A stretch of 64,000 bases of DNA from an uncultured delta proteobacterium. Lineage in GTDB: Bacteria > Myxococcota > UBA727 > VGSZ01. The notes under the pieces were generated by a model. That model was given only the letters and a program-made list of their open reading frames with translations. It was not told where the DNA came from and made no database searches. The translations under genes and the position numbers were made by a program. Location: positions 416,001 to 480,000 of the forward strand of contig CAVZJB010000004.1 of NCBI GenBank assembly GCA_963775425.1, in the 5' to 3' direction. Shown here piece by piece: positions 8,609 through 17,423 of the stretch; the stretch's first letter is position 1, and each line of letters starts with the position of its first letter.

Positions 8609-10711
8609 TCAGTTGCCGGTGATCGTGTTGTCTTCCGGCGGCTTGCAACCCTTTGTCAGCGTGTACTGATAGGTGCCGAGCTCGTCGCGCCAGTACTCGC
8701 CCTCGAAGGGCCAGTAGAGGCGTTCGTCGTCGACAGCCGTCGAGTCGCGATAGCCGAACAGGTCCGTCTTCTCGGTGGTGCCGGTGAGGGTGGCCTCGAG
8801 CGCTTCCTTTTCGCCCTTGGTGATCTCGAACTGGATGCGCACCAGCTTGCCGGTGAGGTCCTTCAAGAAGGATCGCTCGCTGGTGAGCTTCTCCTGCAGG
8901 AGCGAGCCCGCCTGATGCACGAGCTCGTCGCGCCGCTTGTCGACGGCGGCGTTGGTGTCTTGATAGCTCTGGCTGCCGTTGAACGGCTGGGCGAGCGCGG
9001 CCAGGCGCTGCTTCTCGTCGTCGACCTCGGCGATGGCGTCGCGGTAGCCCCGCACGCGCTTGTCGGAGAGCGCGAGGCGCAGCAGGCGCGCGGTGAGCGC
9101 GAAGGAGCGGTTCTGGTCGTCCCGCCCCTCCTTCACCTTGGTCTCGAGGTCGGTGAGCTCCTCGTACATCTGCTTGGCGCTCTTGGGCTCTGGCTTCTTC
9201 GCCTTCGGGTCGACCTTGCCGTCCTTGCCAATGACCTCGTCGCCGATGAGCCGGTTGAGCTCGGTGAGCACGCCGCCGTAGTTCTGCTCGAACTCGCCGA
9301 GGAACGCGCGCGCCTCGGGGTAGCGGCAGTTCTCGTAGAACGTGATGGCCTTCAGGATGGCCGCCTCGGGGTAGTACTCGTCCTGGAAGAACGGGGACTG
9401 CAGCGTGACGAGGTTGCCGAGCGCCTTCTGGTACTCGCCGAGACGGAAGTGCGCCCACGACGACTCGAACAATGCCTCCAGCCACTGTTCGGAGTCGCGG
9501 TCGATGCGGTCGTAATAGAAGATGGCGTAGCGGAACTGCTCGAACTGGTAGTGGATGCGCGCGAGCGAGAAGAACGCCATCTCACGAAGCTTGGGGTTGT
9601 CGACGCTGCCGGTGCGCGGGTTGGTCATGCGCACGACGTTCTGGAACTCGGTGACGGCGGGCTGGAATTCGCCCTTGGCGAAGTGCACCAGGCCCTTGAT
9701 GTAGACGGCCTGCGCGTAGAGCGTGAAGTCTTTCTTCACGCGGTTGAGGTTGTCGAGGCTCAGCTTGAGCGCCTCGTCCGCCGTCTTGGGACCATCGAAG
9801 CCGTGGGTCTCCGGGGGCTTTTCCTCGGTGACGGGCTTGTCCTCCTCGGCCGTCTTGGCCTCTTCCTTCTCCTTCTTCGCCCGGTGCGAGCGCGTGTGCT
9901 TCTTGGGCTTGACGTCCTTCACCTTGCTGCTGCCCATGTCGAAGAGGTCGTCCTGGGCGACCTTGTCGCCGACGACCCAGTCGCCGTCGCCGCCGCCGAG
10001 AGCGTCATCGTCGAAGTTGAAGCCGCCGCCGTCGTCGTCCTTCTTGTCTTCCTTCTTCTCTTCCTTCTTGCCCTTGCCCTTGCCCTCGCCCTTGCCGTTG
10101 ACGTTCTCGAAGTCGAGGGCGCCGGTGTCGCCCTTGTCCTCGACGGGCTTGTCGTCCTTCTGCTCGACCGCGACGCCCTTGGCGCCGAGCTCGAGCGCCG
10201 TGAGGAAGTAGTAGCGGCCGAGGGAGTAGCCGAGCTCGCTTTGGTACTCGGCCGGGATGTCCTCGGCCTTGGCGTAGCGCGCCACCAGCCTGAGCGCGGC
10301 GAGCTCGTCTTTGATCTTGCGCGCGATGAAGAACAGCCACTCGCGGGTCTGTGCGTACATCGGGTGCTTGGGACCCGCCTCGAGGATCTTCTGAAAGCAC
10401 GCGAGCGACGCGTGGTAGGCCTGCATTTTGTAGTAGGCCTTGCACATGTCGTACTGCACGGAGGGGTGGAACTTCTTGAGCTTCTTGTCCTGCAGGATGC
10501 CGTCGAAGGCCGCGAGCGCCTCGCCGAAGCGCTCCTGCGCCAGCAGGTCCTTGGCGTCCTCGACCCTCTCCTTGTCGGTGTCCGTGACCTTCTCCTCCAC
10601 GATGTCGAAGCTGAAGTCGTCGCCGCCGCCGCCGCCGCCGCCCGCCTGGGCGTAGGCCGCCGGCGCGCCGGTCATGACGCTCGCGAGCACCACCGCCGTC
10701 AAACGCTTCAC
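8609..10711 (-). CDS. gltC: Gliding motility TPR protein GltC
   Basis: Signal peptide, WLEALFESSWAHF...ALGNLVTLQSPFF...YPEA and the hallmark C-terminus YWPFEGEYWRDELGTYQYTLTKGC. Confidence 0.88.
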   Translation of the reverse strand: MKRLTAVVLASVMTGAPAAYAQAGGGGGGGDDFSFDIVEEKVTDTDKERVEDAKDLLAQERFGEALAAFDGILQDKKLKKFHPSVQYDMCKAYYKMQAYHASLACFQKILEAGPKHPMYAQTREWLFFIARKIKDELAALRLVARYAKAEDIPAEYQSELGYSLGRYYFLTALELGAKGVAVEQKDDKPVEDKGDTGALDFENVNGKGEGKGKGKKEEKKEDKKDDDGGGFNFDDDALGGGDGDWVVGDKVAQDDLFDMGSSKVKDVKPKKHTRSHRAKKEKEEAKTAEEDKPVTEEKPPETHGFDGPKTADEALKLSLDNLNRVKKDFTLYAQAVYIKGLVHFAKGEFQPAVTEFQNVVRMTNPRTGSVDNPKLREMAFFSLARIHYQFEQFRYAIFYYDRIDRDSEQWLEALFESSWAHFRLGEYQKALGNLVTLQSPFFQDEYYPEAAILKAITFYENCRYPEARAFLGEFEQNYGGVLTELNRLIGDEVIGKDGKVDPKAKKPEPKSAKQMYEELTDLETKVKEGRDDQNRSFALTARLLRLALSDKRVRGYRDAIAEVDDEKQRLAALAQPFNGSQSYQDTNAAVDKRRDELVHQAGSLLQEKLTSERSFLKDLTGKLVRIQFEITKGEKEALEATLTGTTEKTDLFGYRDSTAVDDERLYWPFEGEYWRDELGTYQYTLTKGCKPPEDNTITGN

Positions 10712-11547
10712 GACCGCACCCGCGCCGCCTCGTAGCGGTATTGGAAATCGAACGGAAAATAGAAGCCCACGCCCATGGAGAACAACAGCAGGTTCTGGAG
10801 CGTGGAGATGCTCTGGCGGTCCTGCGGATAGATGTAGTCGCGGAGGTCGGTGCGCACGACGAGCCAGCGCAGGAGGAAGACCCGCAGGCCGGCGCCGATG
10901 TCCATGGTCGGGTGCACCGGGTCCTTGTTGGTGTCGAAGACCGCGCCGGCGCCTGCGATGGCGAAGGCGTCGAAGTGGATGATGGCGTCGGACAGCACCG
11001 CGAGCTTGCCGTACACGGGCGAGAACGTGATGCCGGCGTCGGCGAGGCCGATGACGTCGGCGTCGGCGTTGATCAGGCGCTGCTGCTGGCGGAGCTGATC
11101 GAGCGGGGCCAGCTTCTCGACGAAGAACGGCGGGACGTAGGCGCCGCCGACCTCGAACGCGAACGCGTCGTTCAGGTGGTACGCGACGCGGCCCGCGAGC
11201 GACCAGGTGCGCTTGAACGGATCGTTGGTGGTGACCATGACCGCCGGCTGCAGCTCGAAGCGGTTCTCCTTGAGGAAGACCTTGCGGCTCACCGCCTTGA
11301 TGCGGTCCTTGAGGGTGAGGTTGATGCCCTCGTCGAGCTTGCTCTCGCTCTCGTCGCTTCCGGTGTCGCCGCTGTCGGTGTCGTTGCCGACGTCGTCGGG
11401 GTTGTCGTCCGCGGGCGGCGTGTCCGCGGGCGGCGTGTCGTCGGCCGGCGGCGCGTCCGGGGCCGGCGGCGGCGTGCTGAAGTCGAACCCGTCCGCGAGC
11501 GCGGCCGGTGCGCCCGTCATCAGGGCGGCGAGGACGAGAGCTCTCAT
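10708..11547 (-). CDS. gltA: Outer-membrane beta-barrel protein GltA-like
   Basis: Start MRALVLAAL at 11547 (ATGA overlap with the upstream stop). DRIKAVSRKVFLKENRFEL...TNDPF...FSPVYGK motifs of the myxobacterial OM barrel family. The A versus B label rests on the K-B-A-C synteny. Confidence 0.78.
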   Translation of the reverse strand: MRALVLAALMTGAPAALADGFDFSTPPPAPDAPPADDTPPADTPPADDNPDDVGNDTDSGDTGSDESESKLDEGINLTLKDRIKAVSRKVFLKENRFELQPAVMVTTNDPFKRTWSLAGRVAYHLNDAFAFEVGGAYVPPFFVEKLAPLDQLRQQQRLINADADVIGLADAGITFSPVYGKLAVLSDAIIHFDAFAIAGAGAVFDTNKDPVHPTMDIGAGLRVFLLRWLVVRTDLRDYIYPQDRQSISTLQNLLLFSMGVGFYFPFDFQYRYEAARVRS

Positions 11548-12386
11548 GACTTCCCTCCGATGACTTCGCTCGAGTAGTCGAAGTCGAGCGGGAGGTGGAT
11601 CCCCATCCCGAAGGTGAGGATGAGCGAATTCGGGAACGTCAGCTTGTTGCCGACACTGAGGGGATAGACGTAGTTCCGCAGATCCGCGCGCGCCGTCAGC
11701 CAGTGCGTGAGGAACACGCGGCTGCCCACGCCGACCTCGACGGCGGGGTGGACGACGTCGGCGGTGTTGTCGAAGGTGGCGCCGAGGCCGCCGGAGAGGA
11801 AGCCGTCGAAGTGGATGACCTCCTCCGCGAGCAGCGCGAGCTTGCCGTAGAACGGCGAGAACGTGACGCCGCCGTCGACGTAGCCGAGCTGCTTGACGAT
11901 GTTGACGCAGGCGGTGCCCTTCGCGACGCCCTTGCCCCCGCAGTCGACGATGCCGCCCTGGAGCACGCGCACGTCCTCGAGGAGCTGCGGGAACACCGTG
12001 CCGGCGCCGCCGAAGTCGATCGCGAGCTCCTCGTTGAAGTGGTAGCTGGCGCGCCCGCCGACGGACCAATCGCGCTCGAGCGCGTCGTTGGTGGTGAAGC
12101 CGAACTGCGGCTCGATCTCGAAGCGCTGGCGCTTGAGGAACACGCGGCGCGACACGGCGCGGATGCGCTCTTGCAGCGTCTTGCCCGTGCTGCCGTCGTC
12201 GGCGGTGGTGGTGCCGGCGTCCTTGCTCTCGCTTTGCAGGTCGGTGTCTCCGGCGGCGGGCGCCGGATCCGCCGCGCGGGCGGGGGAGGCGATCGCGATG
12301 GAGGCGATCGCGATGGTGATGGCGGCCAAGGGGAGCGGCCGCGGTTCAATCGCGCGCTGAGCGGATCGCTTTGCACATGTCGTCAC
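11544..12386 (-). CDS. gltB: Outer-membrane beta-barrel protein GltB-like
   Basis: Signal peptide and ERIRAVSRRVFLKRQRFEI...FSPFYGKL; clear paralog of the next gene. Label by synteny. Confidence 0.78.
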   Translation of the reverse strand: MTTCAKRSAQRAIEPRPLPLAAITIAIASIAIASPARAADPAPAAGDTDLQSESKDAGTTTADDGSTGKTLQERIRAVSRRVFLKRQRFEIEPQFGFTTNDALERDWSVGGRASYHFNEELAIDFGGAGTVFPQLLEDVRVLQGGIVDCGGKGVAKGTACVNIVKQLGYVDGGVTFSPFYGKLALLAEEVIHFDGFLSGGLGATFDNTADVVHPAVEVGVGSRVFLTHWLTARADLRNYVYPLSVGNKLTFPNSLILTFGMGIHLPLDFDYSSEVIGGKS

Positions 12387-12475
12387 AGAGACTGGCCTCC
12401 GCGTCGTCGGAACAACCTCGCTGTTAACACTTTGGCCGAAGCGCAGACAACTTCGCGCCTGGGCGCAGCCACGCG

Positions 12476-12517
12476 CCGGCGTCCGGGAGATGACCGGCGT
12501 CCGGTAGATGACCGGTA
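12476..12517. repeat. 18-bp direct repeat CCGGCGTCCGG(G/T)AGATGA x2 in the divergent gltB/gltK intergenic region
   Basis: Copies at 12476-12493 and 12494-12511 plus a partial third. Confidence 0.8.
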
Positions 12518-12623
12518 CGGCCGGCGGCGCCTACACCAACGGCGCACGGGCGTGGTAGAGATCCCGGTCAAGCGGTGACGGTTCTGCGGGCGTCGGCCCA
12601 AACCGCACCCGAGGTGCTCATTC

Positions 12624-13163
12624 ATGCGCGGTCTTTCTGTCCTGTTCGTCCTCGTCACCGTCGCCGGAGGGCTCGCCTGTGAGCCGGAGGTCGGCGGGCT
12701 CTGCGATCCCGATCCGAAGAAGGTCGCCGACCACATCGAGGTGAAGAAGGGGACCAACAATCTCGTGCAGGACGTCGAGCTCGACAATTGCAGCGAGGGC
12801 TTCTGCCTCTCCACCGACGGCAGCCGCCCCTATTGTACCAAGCAGTGCGAGGCCGACATCGAGTGCGCCGAGGCCGGCGAGGGCTTCACCTGCCAGGCCG
12901 TCATCAACTTCGGGCCGCTCGCGTGCCAGGACTACGAGCAGTTCAAGGACAACAAGACGTCGGGCGACTGCCAGGCCGACGGCACCTGCACCAACACGGA
13001 CGAGACCTGCCAGGTGGACGTCACCGACGGCCAGCAGAAGTGCGGCGTCCCCGGCAAGGACTGCCTCACCGGCGACAACGGCGCCTTCTCGGCGCTCCCG
13101 CTCAAGTACTGCGCTGCGTCACCGGACGTCATCGCCGCGCGCGACAAGCAGTACGGCCGCTGA
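12624..13163 (+). CDS. gltK: Cys-rich gliding lipoprotein GltK/CglC-like
   Basis: Lipobox GLAC, many Cys, PYCTKQCEADIEC and KYC near the C-terminus. Divergent from gltB, as I recall for the M. xanthus G2 cluster. GAGGT SD. Confidence 0.75.
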   Translation: MRGLSVLFVLVTVAGGLACEPEVGGLCDPDPKKVADHIEVKKGTNNLVQDVELDNCSEGFCLSTDGSRPYCTKQCEADIECAEAGEGFTCQAVINFGPLACQDYEQFKDNKTSGDCQADGTCTNTDETCQVDVTDGQQKCGVPGKDCLTGDNGAFSALPLKYCAASPDVIAARDKQYGR

Positions 13164-13323
13164 CGTAAGCCACGGACCTACATGCCCGCCCCGCGCCATC
13201 AGGAGGCGGGTGTGATCTCGCGGAGATCCTCCGCGGGCGCTGCTCGTTCATACTCATGGTTCTGGCGGATGAACAAAACCGCGCCCGTGGTTGTCCCAAC
13301 GAGAATATCCGGGGTCTGATCTC

Positions 13324-14737
13324 ATGCAACGCACCGCCGTCATCTACGGACTCGCCCTCTCCACCCTCGTGGGAGCCTTCTTCCTCGCGCCGCGCCTCAG
13401 GCCGCACAAGCAGCCCGACCCGGTCCCGGTGCCCACGCCGAGCGCCGCGCCCGTCACCGAATCTCGTCTACTCGGACGGCGTCCTCGAGGCGCACGCCCG
13501 CCTCGACCGCGGCTACCTGATGGCGCACGGCAGCGAGCCCGTGTGGGTGGACCTGGCCATCAAGGCCAGCGGCGTCCAGACCCGCGCGCCGCTCACGTCG
13601 GTGCTGGTCATCGACCGCTCCGGCTCCATGGCGGGCGACAAGATCGACGCGGCGCGCATGGCCGCGGAGCGCTTCGTGCGCGAGGTGAAGGACGGCGACG
13701 CCGTCGGCATCATCACCTTCGGCACCGACGTCACCGTCGAGCTGCCCGTCACCGTCATCGACTCCGCCTCGCGGACGCGCGCGCTGCACGTCGTGCGCAA
13801 CATCGAGGAGGGCGGCGGCACCAACATCGACGGCGCCATGAGCTCGGCGCGCCAGATGCTCGCGTCGGCGGACCTCCTCGGCCGCGTCGGCCGCGTCGTC
13901 CTCATCTCCGACGGCCGCCCCACGGAGGGCGACCGCCGCGAGTCTTCGCTCGTGAGCCACGCGACGCGCCTGCGCGAGAAGGGCATCGTCACGTCCACGC
14001 TCGGCCTGGGCCTCGACTACAACGAGGACCTCATGGAGCACATGGCCGTCGAGGGCGGCGGCCGCTACCACTACCTGCGCACGCCCGATCAGCTCGCGCA
14101 GATCCTCGACGACGAGCTCCAGCAGGCCTCGGCCGTCGTCGCCGCCGGCGTGAAGGTCTACCTGCCCCGCGATCTCGGTGGCCTCATGTTCGCCGACGCC
14201 CCCGGCGCCAAGGTCTCCGCCGGCGAACGCGTCGCCGTCGACGTCGGCGACCTCGCCGCGGGCGAGGAGCGCCACGTGCTCCTGAAGCTCACGGCCAACG
14301 ACATCGCCGGCGGCGCGCTGTCTTTCGCCGCGCCCGAGATCATCTACCGGAAGATCACGGACCGCAGCGACGCGCTGCTCGCCAACAAGGCCGACCCGTT
14401 CCAGATGCTCGTCACCGGCGACGCCACCAAGCTCGAGCAGAGCCGCGTCGACGACGTCCGCGTGCGCGTCCTCCAGGTGGAGGCGAGCCTCGCCCTCACC
14501 GAGTCCATGCAGCACTACGCCAAGGGCGACGCCAACTTCGCCCGCCAGCACCTCGCCCAGAAGAAGGCCGAGCTGCGCAGCTTCGCCAACAAGACCAAGA
14601 GCGCTTCGCTGGCCCGCGAGGTGAAGAACCTCGACGACGTCCTCAACGAGGTCAGCGCGGCGCCCGCGCCGTCGTCGGACAAGGCGCAGGACATGATCAA
14701 GGTGCAGAAGGCGCGCGCCTTCGAGCTGCGCCGGTGA
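13324..14737 (+). pseudogene. Membrane-anchored vWA (MIDAS) domain protein, frameshifted near 13459
   Basis: The N-terminal TM/Pro linker (MQRTAVIYGLALSTLVGAFFLAP...) is in one frame. The vWA domain (LVIDRSGSM, GGGTNI, LISDG) is in the +1 frame. Could be an assembly error. Confidence 0.7.
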
Positions 14738-14819
14738 CCTTCGGGCCGGGGGACGGCGCCCGCGGCCGCCCCGGCTCCCCGACGACGGCGCTCGCCGTCT
14801 CGCCCACGGAGAAATCGAG

Positions 14820-16064
14820 ATGGCCATGACGTTCAGAGACGCCCCGTCGTTCTGGAAGGAGACGCTCGCCGTGACGGGCGGGGCGGTGGCGGCGGGCGTG
14901 ACCGTCGGCGTCGTCGGCCCGGCGGCCCTCGGGCTCCCCGTCGTCGCTGCCGCCGGCGGCGCAGCGCTGCTGGGCGGGTCGGTCGGTGCGGCGATGACGA
15001 GGCCGCGGCCGAAGCGCAAGGGCCTGCGGGTGCTCACCGGCCTCGTGGGCGGCGCGCTCGCGGCGGCGGGCTTCGCCTCCCTCGCGGCGCTGCTCGGCCT
15101 CGGCGACACCGGCGTCGTCATCGGCGGCTGGCTCGGTGGGCTCGCCCTGGGCGCGCTGCTCGGCGTCGACGACAAGATGCGCCTGCCCAACCAGCTCGTG
15201 GGCCTCGTCGCTGCCTCGACCACGGGCGCCGTCGGCGCCCTCGCGCTGACGAAGATCGCGTCGTACGCGGCGTCGGAGAGCGCACCGGTCGGGCTCACGG
15301 CGGCGACGATGGCCGGCGTGCTCGGGCTGTGGGTGGCCGCGGCGGCGGGGCTGCGGCGCGTCGAGAAGGTGCGCGATCCCCTGCTGCAGCGGAGCGAAGA
15401 GGTGCTCGAGGGCCTGGCCGATCCCGTGCGCAAGAAGGTGGTGGAGGCGCTCGAGACCTACGAGGAGATCGAAGAGGGCATCCAGAAGACGGAGAACATG
15501 GCCGTCGACACCGCGGCCGAGGCGCGCAAGCAGGCGCGCACGCTCATGGAGTCGCTGCTCGAGACCGCCCAGACGTGGAAGCAGATCCACGGCGACCTCG
15601 CGAGCCCGCGCCTCAACGGCATCGAAGACAAGCTCGCCGACCTCGAGGCGCGCGCGGCAAAGACCGAGGACCCCGTCACCCAGGGGCACCTGCAGCGGGC
15701 GGCGCAGGCGCTGCGCGCCCAGAAGTCGGCCATCGACGGCTTGAAGGTGGGCTGCGACCGCGCCGAAGCCGCGCTCGACGCGCAGCAGGCGCTGCTCGAG
15801 CGGCTGCGCCTCGCCGTGGCCCAGCACCGCGTCTCCGACCGCGAGCGCTTCGCCGTCGAGGTCAGCGCGGTGGCGGACCAGGTGGCGCGACTGTCCGACG
15901 ACCTCGAGTCCATCTCCGCCGCCATCGCCGAGGCCGAGGCGCTGTCGGATCGCAAGCTCCTCGCCGACCTCGAGCGCGCCGGCCGCCGCGCGCTCTCGCA
16001 GCTCGGTGACGAGGTCGACGAGCAGGCCGTCGAAGAGCCCGCCGAGGTCGAGGCCTCGCGCTGA
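14820..16064 (+). CDS. Hypothetical membrane protein: multiple N-terminal TM helices plus a long C-terminal coiled coil
   Basis: Gly/Ala-rich hydrophobic first half and charged helical second half; high GC3. Confidence 0.8.
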   Translation: MAMTFRDAPSFWKETLAVTGGAVAAGVTVGVVGPAALGLPVVAAAGGAALLGGSVGAAMTRPRPKRKGLRVLTGLVGGALAAAGFASLAALLGLGDTGVVIGGWLGGLALGALLGVDDKMRLPNQLVGLVAASTTGAVGALALTKIASYAASESAPVGLTAATMAGVLGLWVAAAAGLRRVEKVRDPLLQRSEEVLEGLADPVRKKVVEALETYEEIEEGIQKTENMAVDTAAEARKQARTLMESLLETAQTWKQIHGDLASPRLNGIEDKLADLEARAAKTEDPVTQGHLQRAAQALRAQKSAIDGLKVGCDRAEAALDAQQALLERLRLAVAQHRVSDRERFAVEVSAVADQVARLSDDLESISAAIAEAEALSDRKLLADLERAGRRALSQLGDEVDEQAVEEPAEVEASR

Positions 16065-16141
16065 GCAGGCGTCCCGAACGCGCTGGGATGGGCCACAGGC
16101 GAGGCGGCGCGCGCAGCGAAACGATGTGCTACGCGGCGGTC

Positions 16142-16687
16142 ATGCGCGCCGCCGTCGTCGCCCTCTCCGCCCTCTCCGCCCTCGCCGCGGGATGCACCGC
16201 GTCCGCTTCAGCCCCCGAGGCGCCCGCGCACGCGCCGCTGCCCGTGGCGGAGGGGCCGAGCCCCGTGCCTGCGATGCCGGTGCACAAGGCGGGCGTCACC
16301 ATCGACGCCAAGGACGGCCCGGTGCACTTCGCCGTCGAGCTCGCCATCAAAGACACCGAGCGCCAGCGCGGCCTCATGTTCCGCGAGCACCTCGACGACG
16401 ACGCGGGCATGTTGTTCATCTTCGAGCGCCAGCACCCGCAGTCGTTCTGGATGAAGAACACGCGCATCCCGCTCGACATGATCTTCATCGACGAGGGCGG
16501 CACCATCGCCGGGATCGTCGAGGACGCGGAGCCCATGACCACCGTGTCGCGCCGCGTGGACAAGCCGTCCCGCTACGTGCTGGAGGTGAACGGGGGGACC
16601 ACGCGCCGCCGCGGCCTCGCCGCGGGCCAGCGCGTGCACTTCGAGGGCGTGCCGCCGAGCCTCGTGGATGCAAGGGTGTTGCAATGA
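16142..16687 (+). CDS. DUF192 family lipoprotein
   Basis: RQRGLMFR...GMLFIF...FWMKNTRIPLDMIFI...YVLEVNGG; lipobox LAAGC. Confidence 0.9.
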   Translation: MRAAVVALSALSALAAGCTASASAPEAPAHAPLPVAEGPSPVPAMPVHKAGVTIDAKDGPVHFAVELAIKDTERQRGLMFREHLDDDAGMLFIFERQHPQSFWMKNTRIPLDMIFIDEGGTIAGIVEDAEPMTTVSRRVDKPSRYVLEVNGGTTRRRGLAAGQRVHFEGVPPSLVDARVLQ

Positions 16688-17208
16688 CCATCCACACCTT
16701 CGACGGCTTCGCGCCGCAGATCCACGACAGCGCCTTCGTCCACCCCGACGCCACCATCATCGGCAACGCCGTCGTCGGCGCCCGCTCGAGCGTCTGGCCG
16801 GCGACGGTGCTGCGCGCCGACATGAAGGGCAAGATCGTCATCGGCCAGGAGACCTCCGTGCAGGACGGCACCGTGGTGCACCTCACCGAGGACTTCAGCG
16901 ACACCTTCGTCGGCAACCGCGTCACGGTCGGTCACCGCGTGATCCTCCACGGCTGCATCGTCGAGGACGAGTGCCTGATCGGCATGGGCTCCATCATCCT
17001 GGACAACGCGCGCATCGGCACCGGCTCCCTCGTCGGCGCCGGCGCGCTGGTCACGCAGGGCACCGTCATCCCCCCGCACAGCCTCGTCCTCGGCTCGCCC
17101 GCCAAGGTCATCCGCCCGCTCAAGGAGAAGGAGCGCAAGATGATCGACGACGGCTGGCCCACGTACGTCGCGTACGCGGCCCGCTACCGGCAGCAGCTCC
17201 CGCGGTGA
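16684..17208 (+). CDS. Gamma carbonic anhydrase family protein (YrdA/CaiE-like)
   Basis: MTIHTFDGFAPQIHDSAFV, LRAD, SVQDGTVVH, TVGHRVILHGC hexapeptide repeats. ATGA overlap with the DUF192 stop. Confidence 0.92.
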   Translation: MTIHTFDGFAPQIHDSAFVHPDATIIGNAVVGARSSVWPATVLRADMKGKIVIGQETSVQDGTVVHLTEDFSDTFVGNRVTVGHRVILHGCIVEDECLIGMGSIILDNARIGTGSLVGAGALVTQGTVIPPHSLVLGSPAKVIRPLKEKERKMIDDGWPTYVAYAARYRQQLPR

Positions 17209-17423
17209 CGGGCCGCGCCCTCGTCGTCGTCGTCGTCGACGCGCGCGACGGCGCCGGGCGCACACGTGGGACCGTCGTCGCCGATGTGCGCGCCGCCGTC
17301 CCCATGTGCGTCGTCGAGGTGATGTCGGTCGTGTAAGTCCTTGTCCGCGCCGGCTTTTTGTCCGAGGTCGCGAACCAACCCAGATCGCCCCACGCAGACG
17401 ACAACCATGGCGGAGGGGCTGCC

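Noticed and set aside
5263-10735. Long plus-strand ORFs (1119 aa and 807 aa) opposite gltD and gltC, and similar antisense ORFs across the window
   Set aside because: These are shadow frames expected from high GC3 (rich in L, V, R, G with no motifs). The opposite strand carries the recognisable genes.
13450-13470. Programmed ribosomal frameshift in the vWA gene
   Set aside because: No slippery heptamer, homopolymer or in-frame stop at the shift site; an error or mutation is simpler.
17378-17404. Sigma28-like promoter (GACGACAA) upstream of the large orphan gene
   Set aside because: Two mismatches in the -10 box and no convincing -35; too weak to report.
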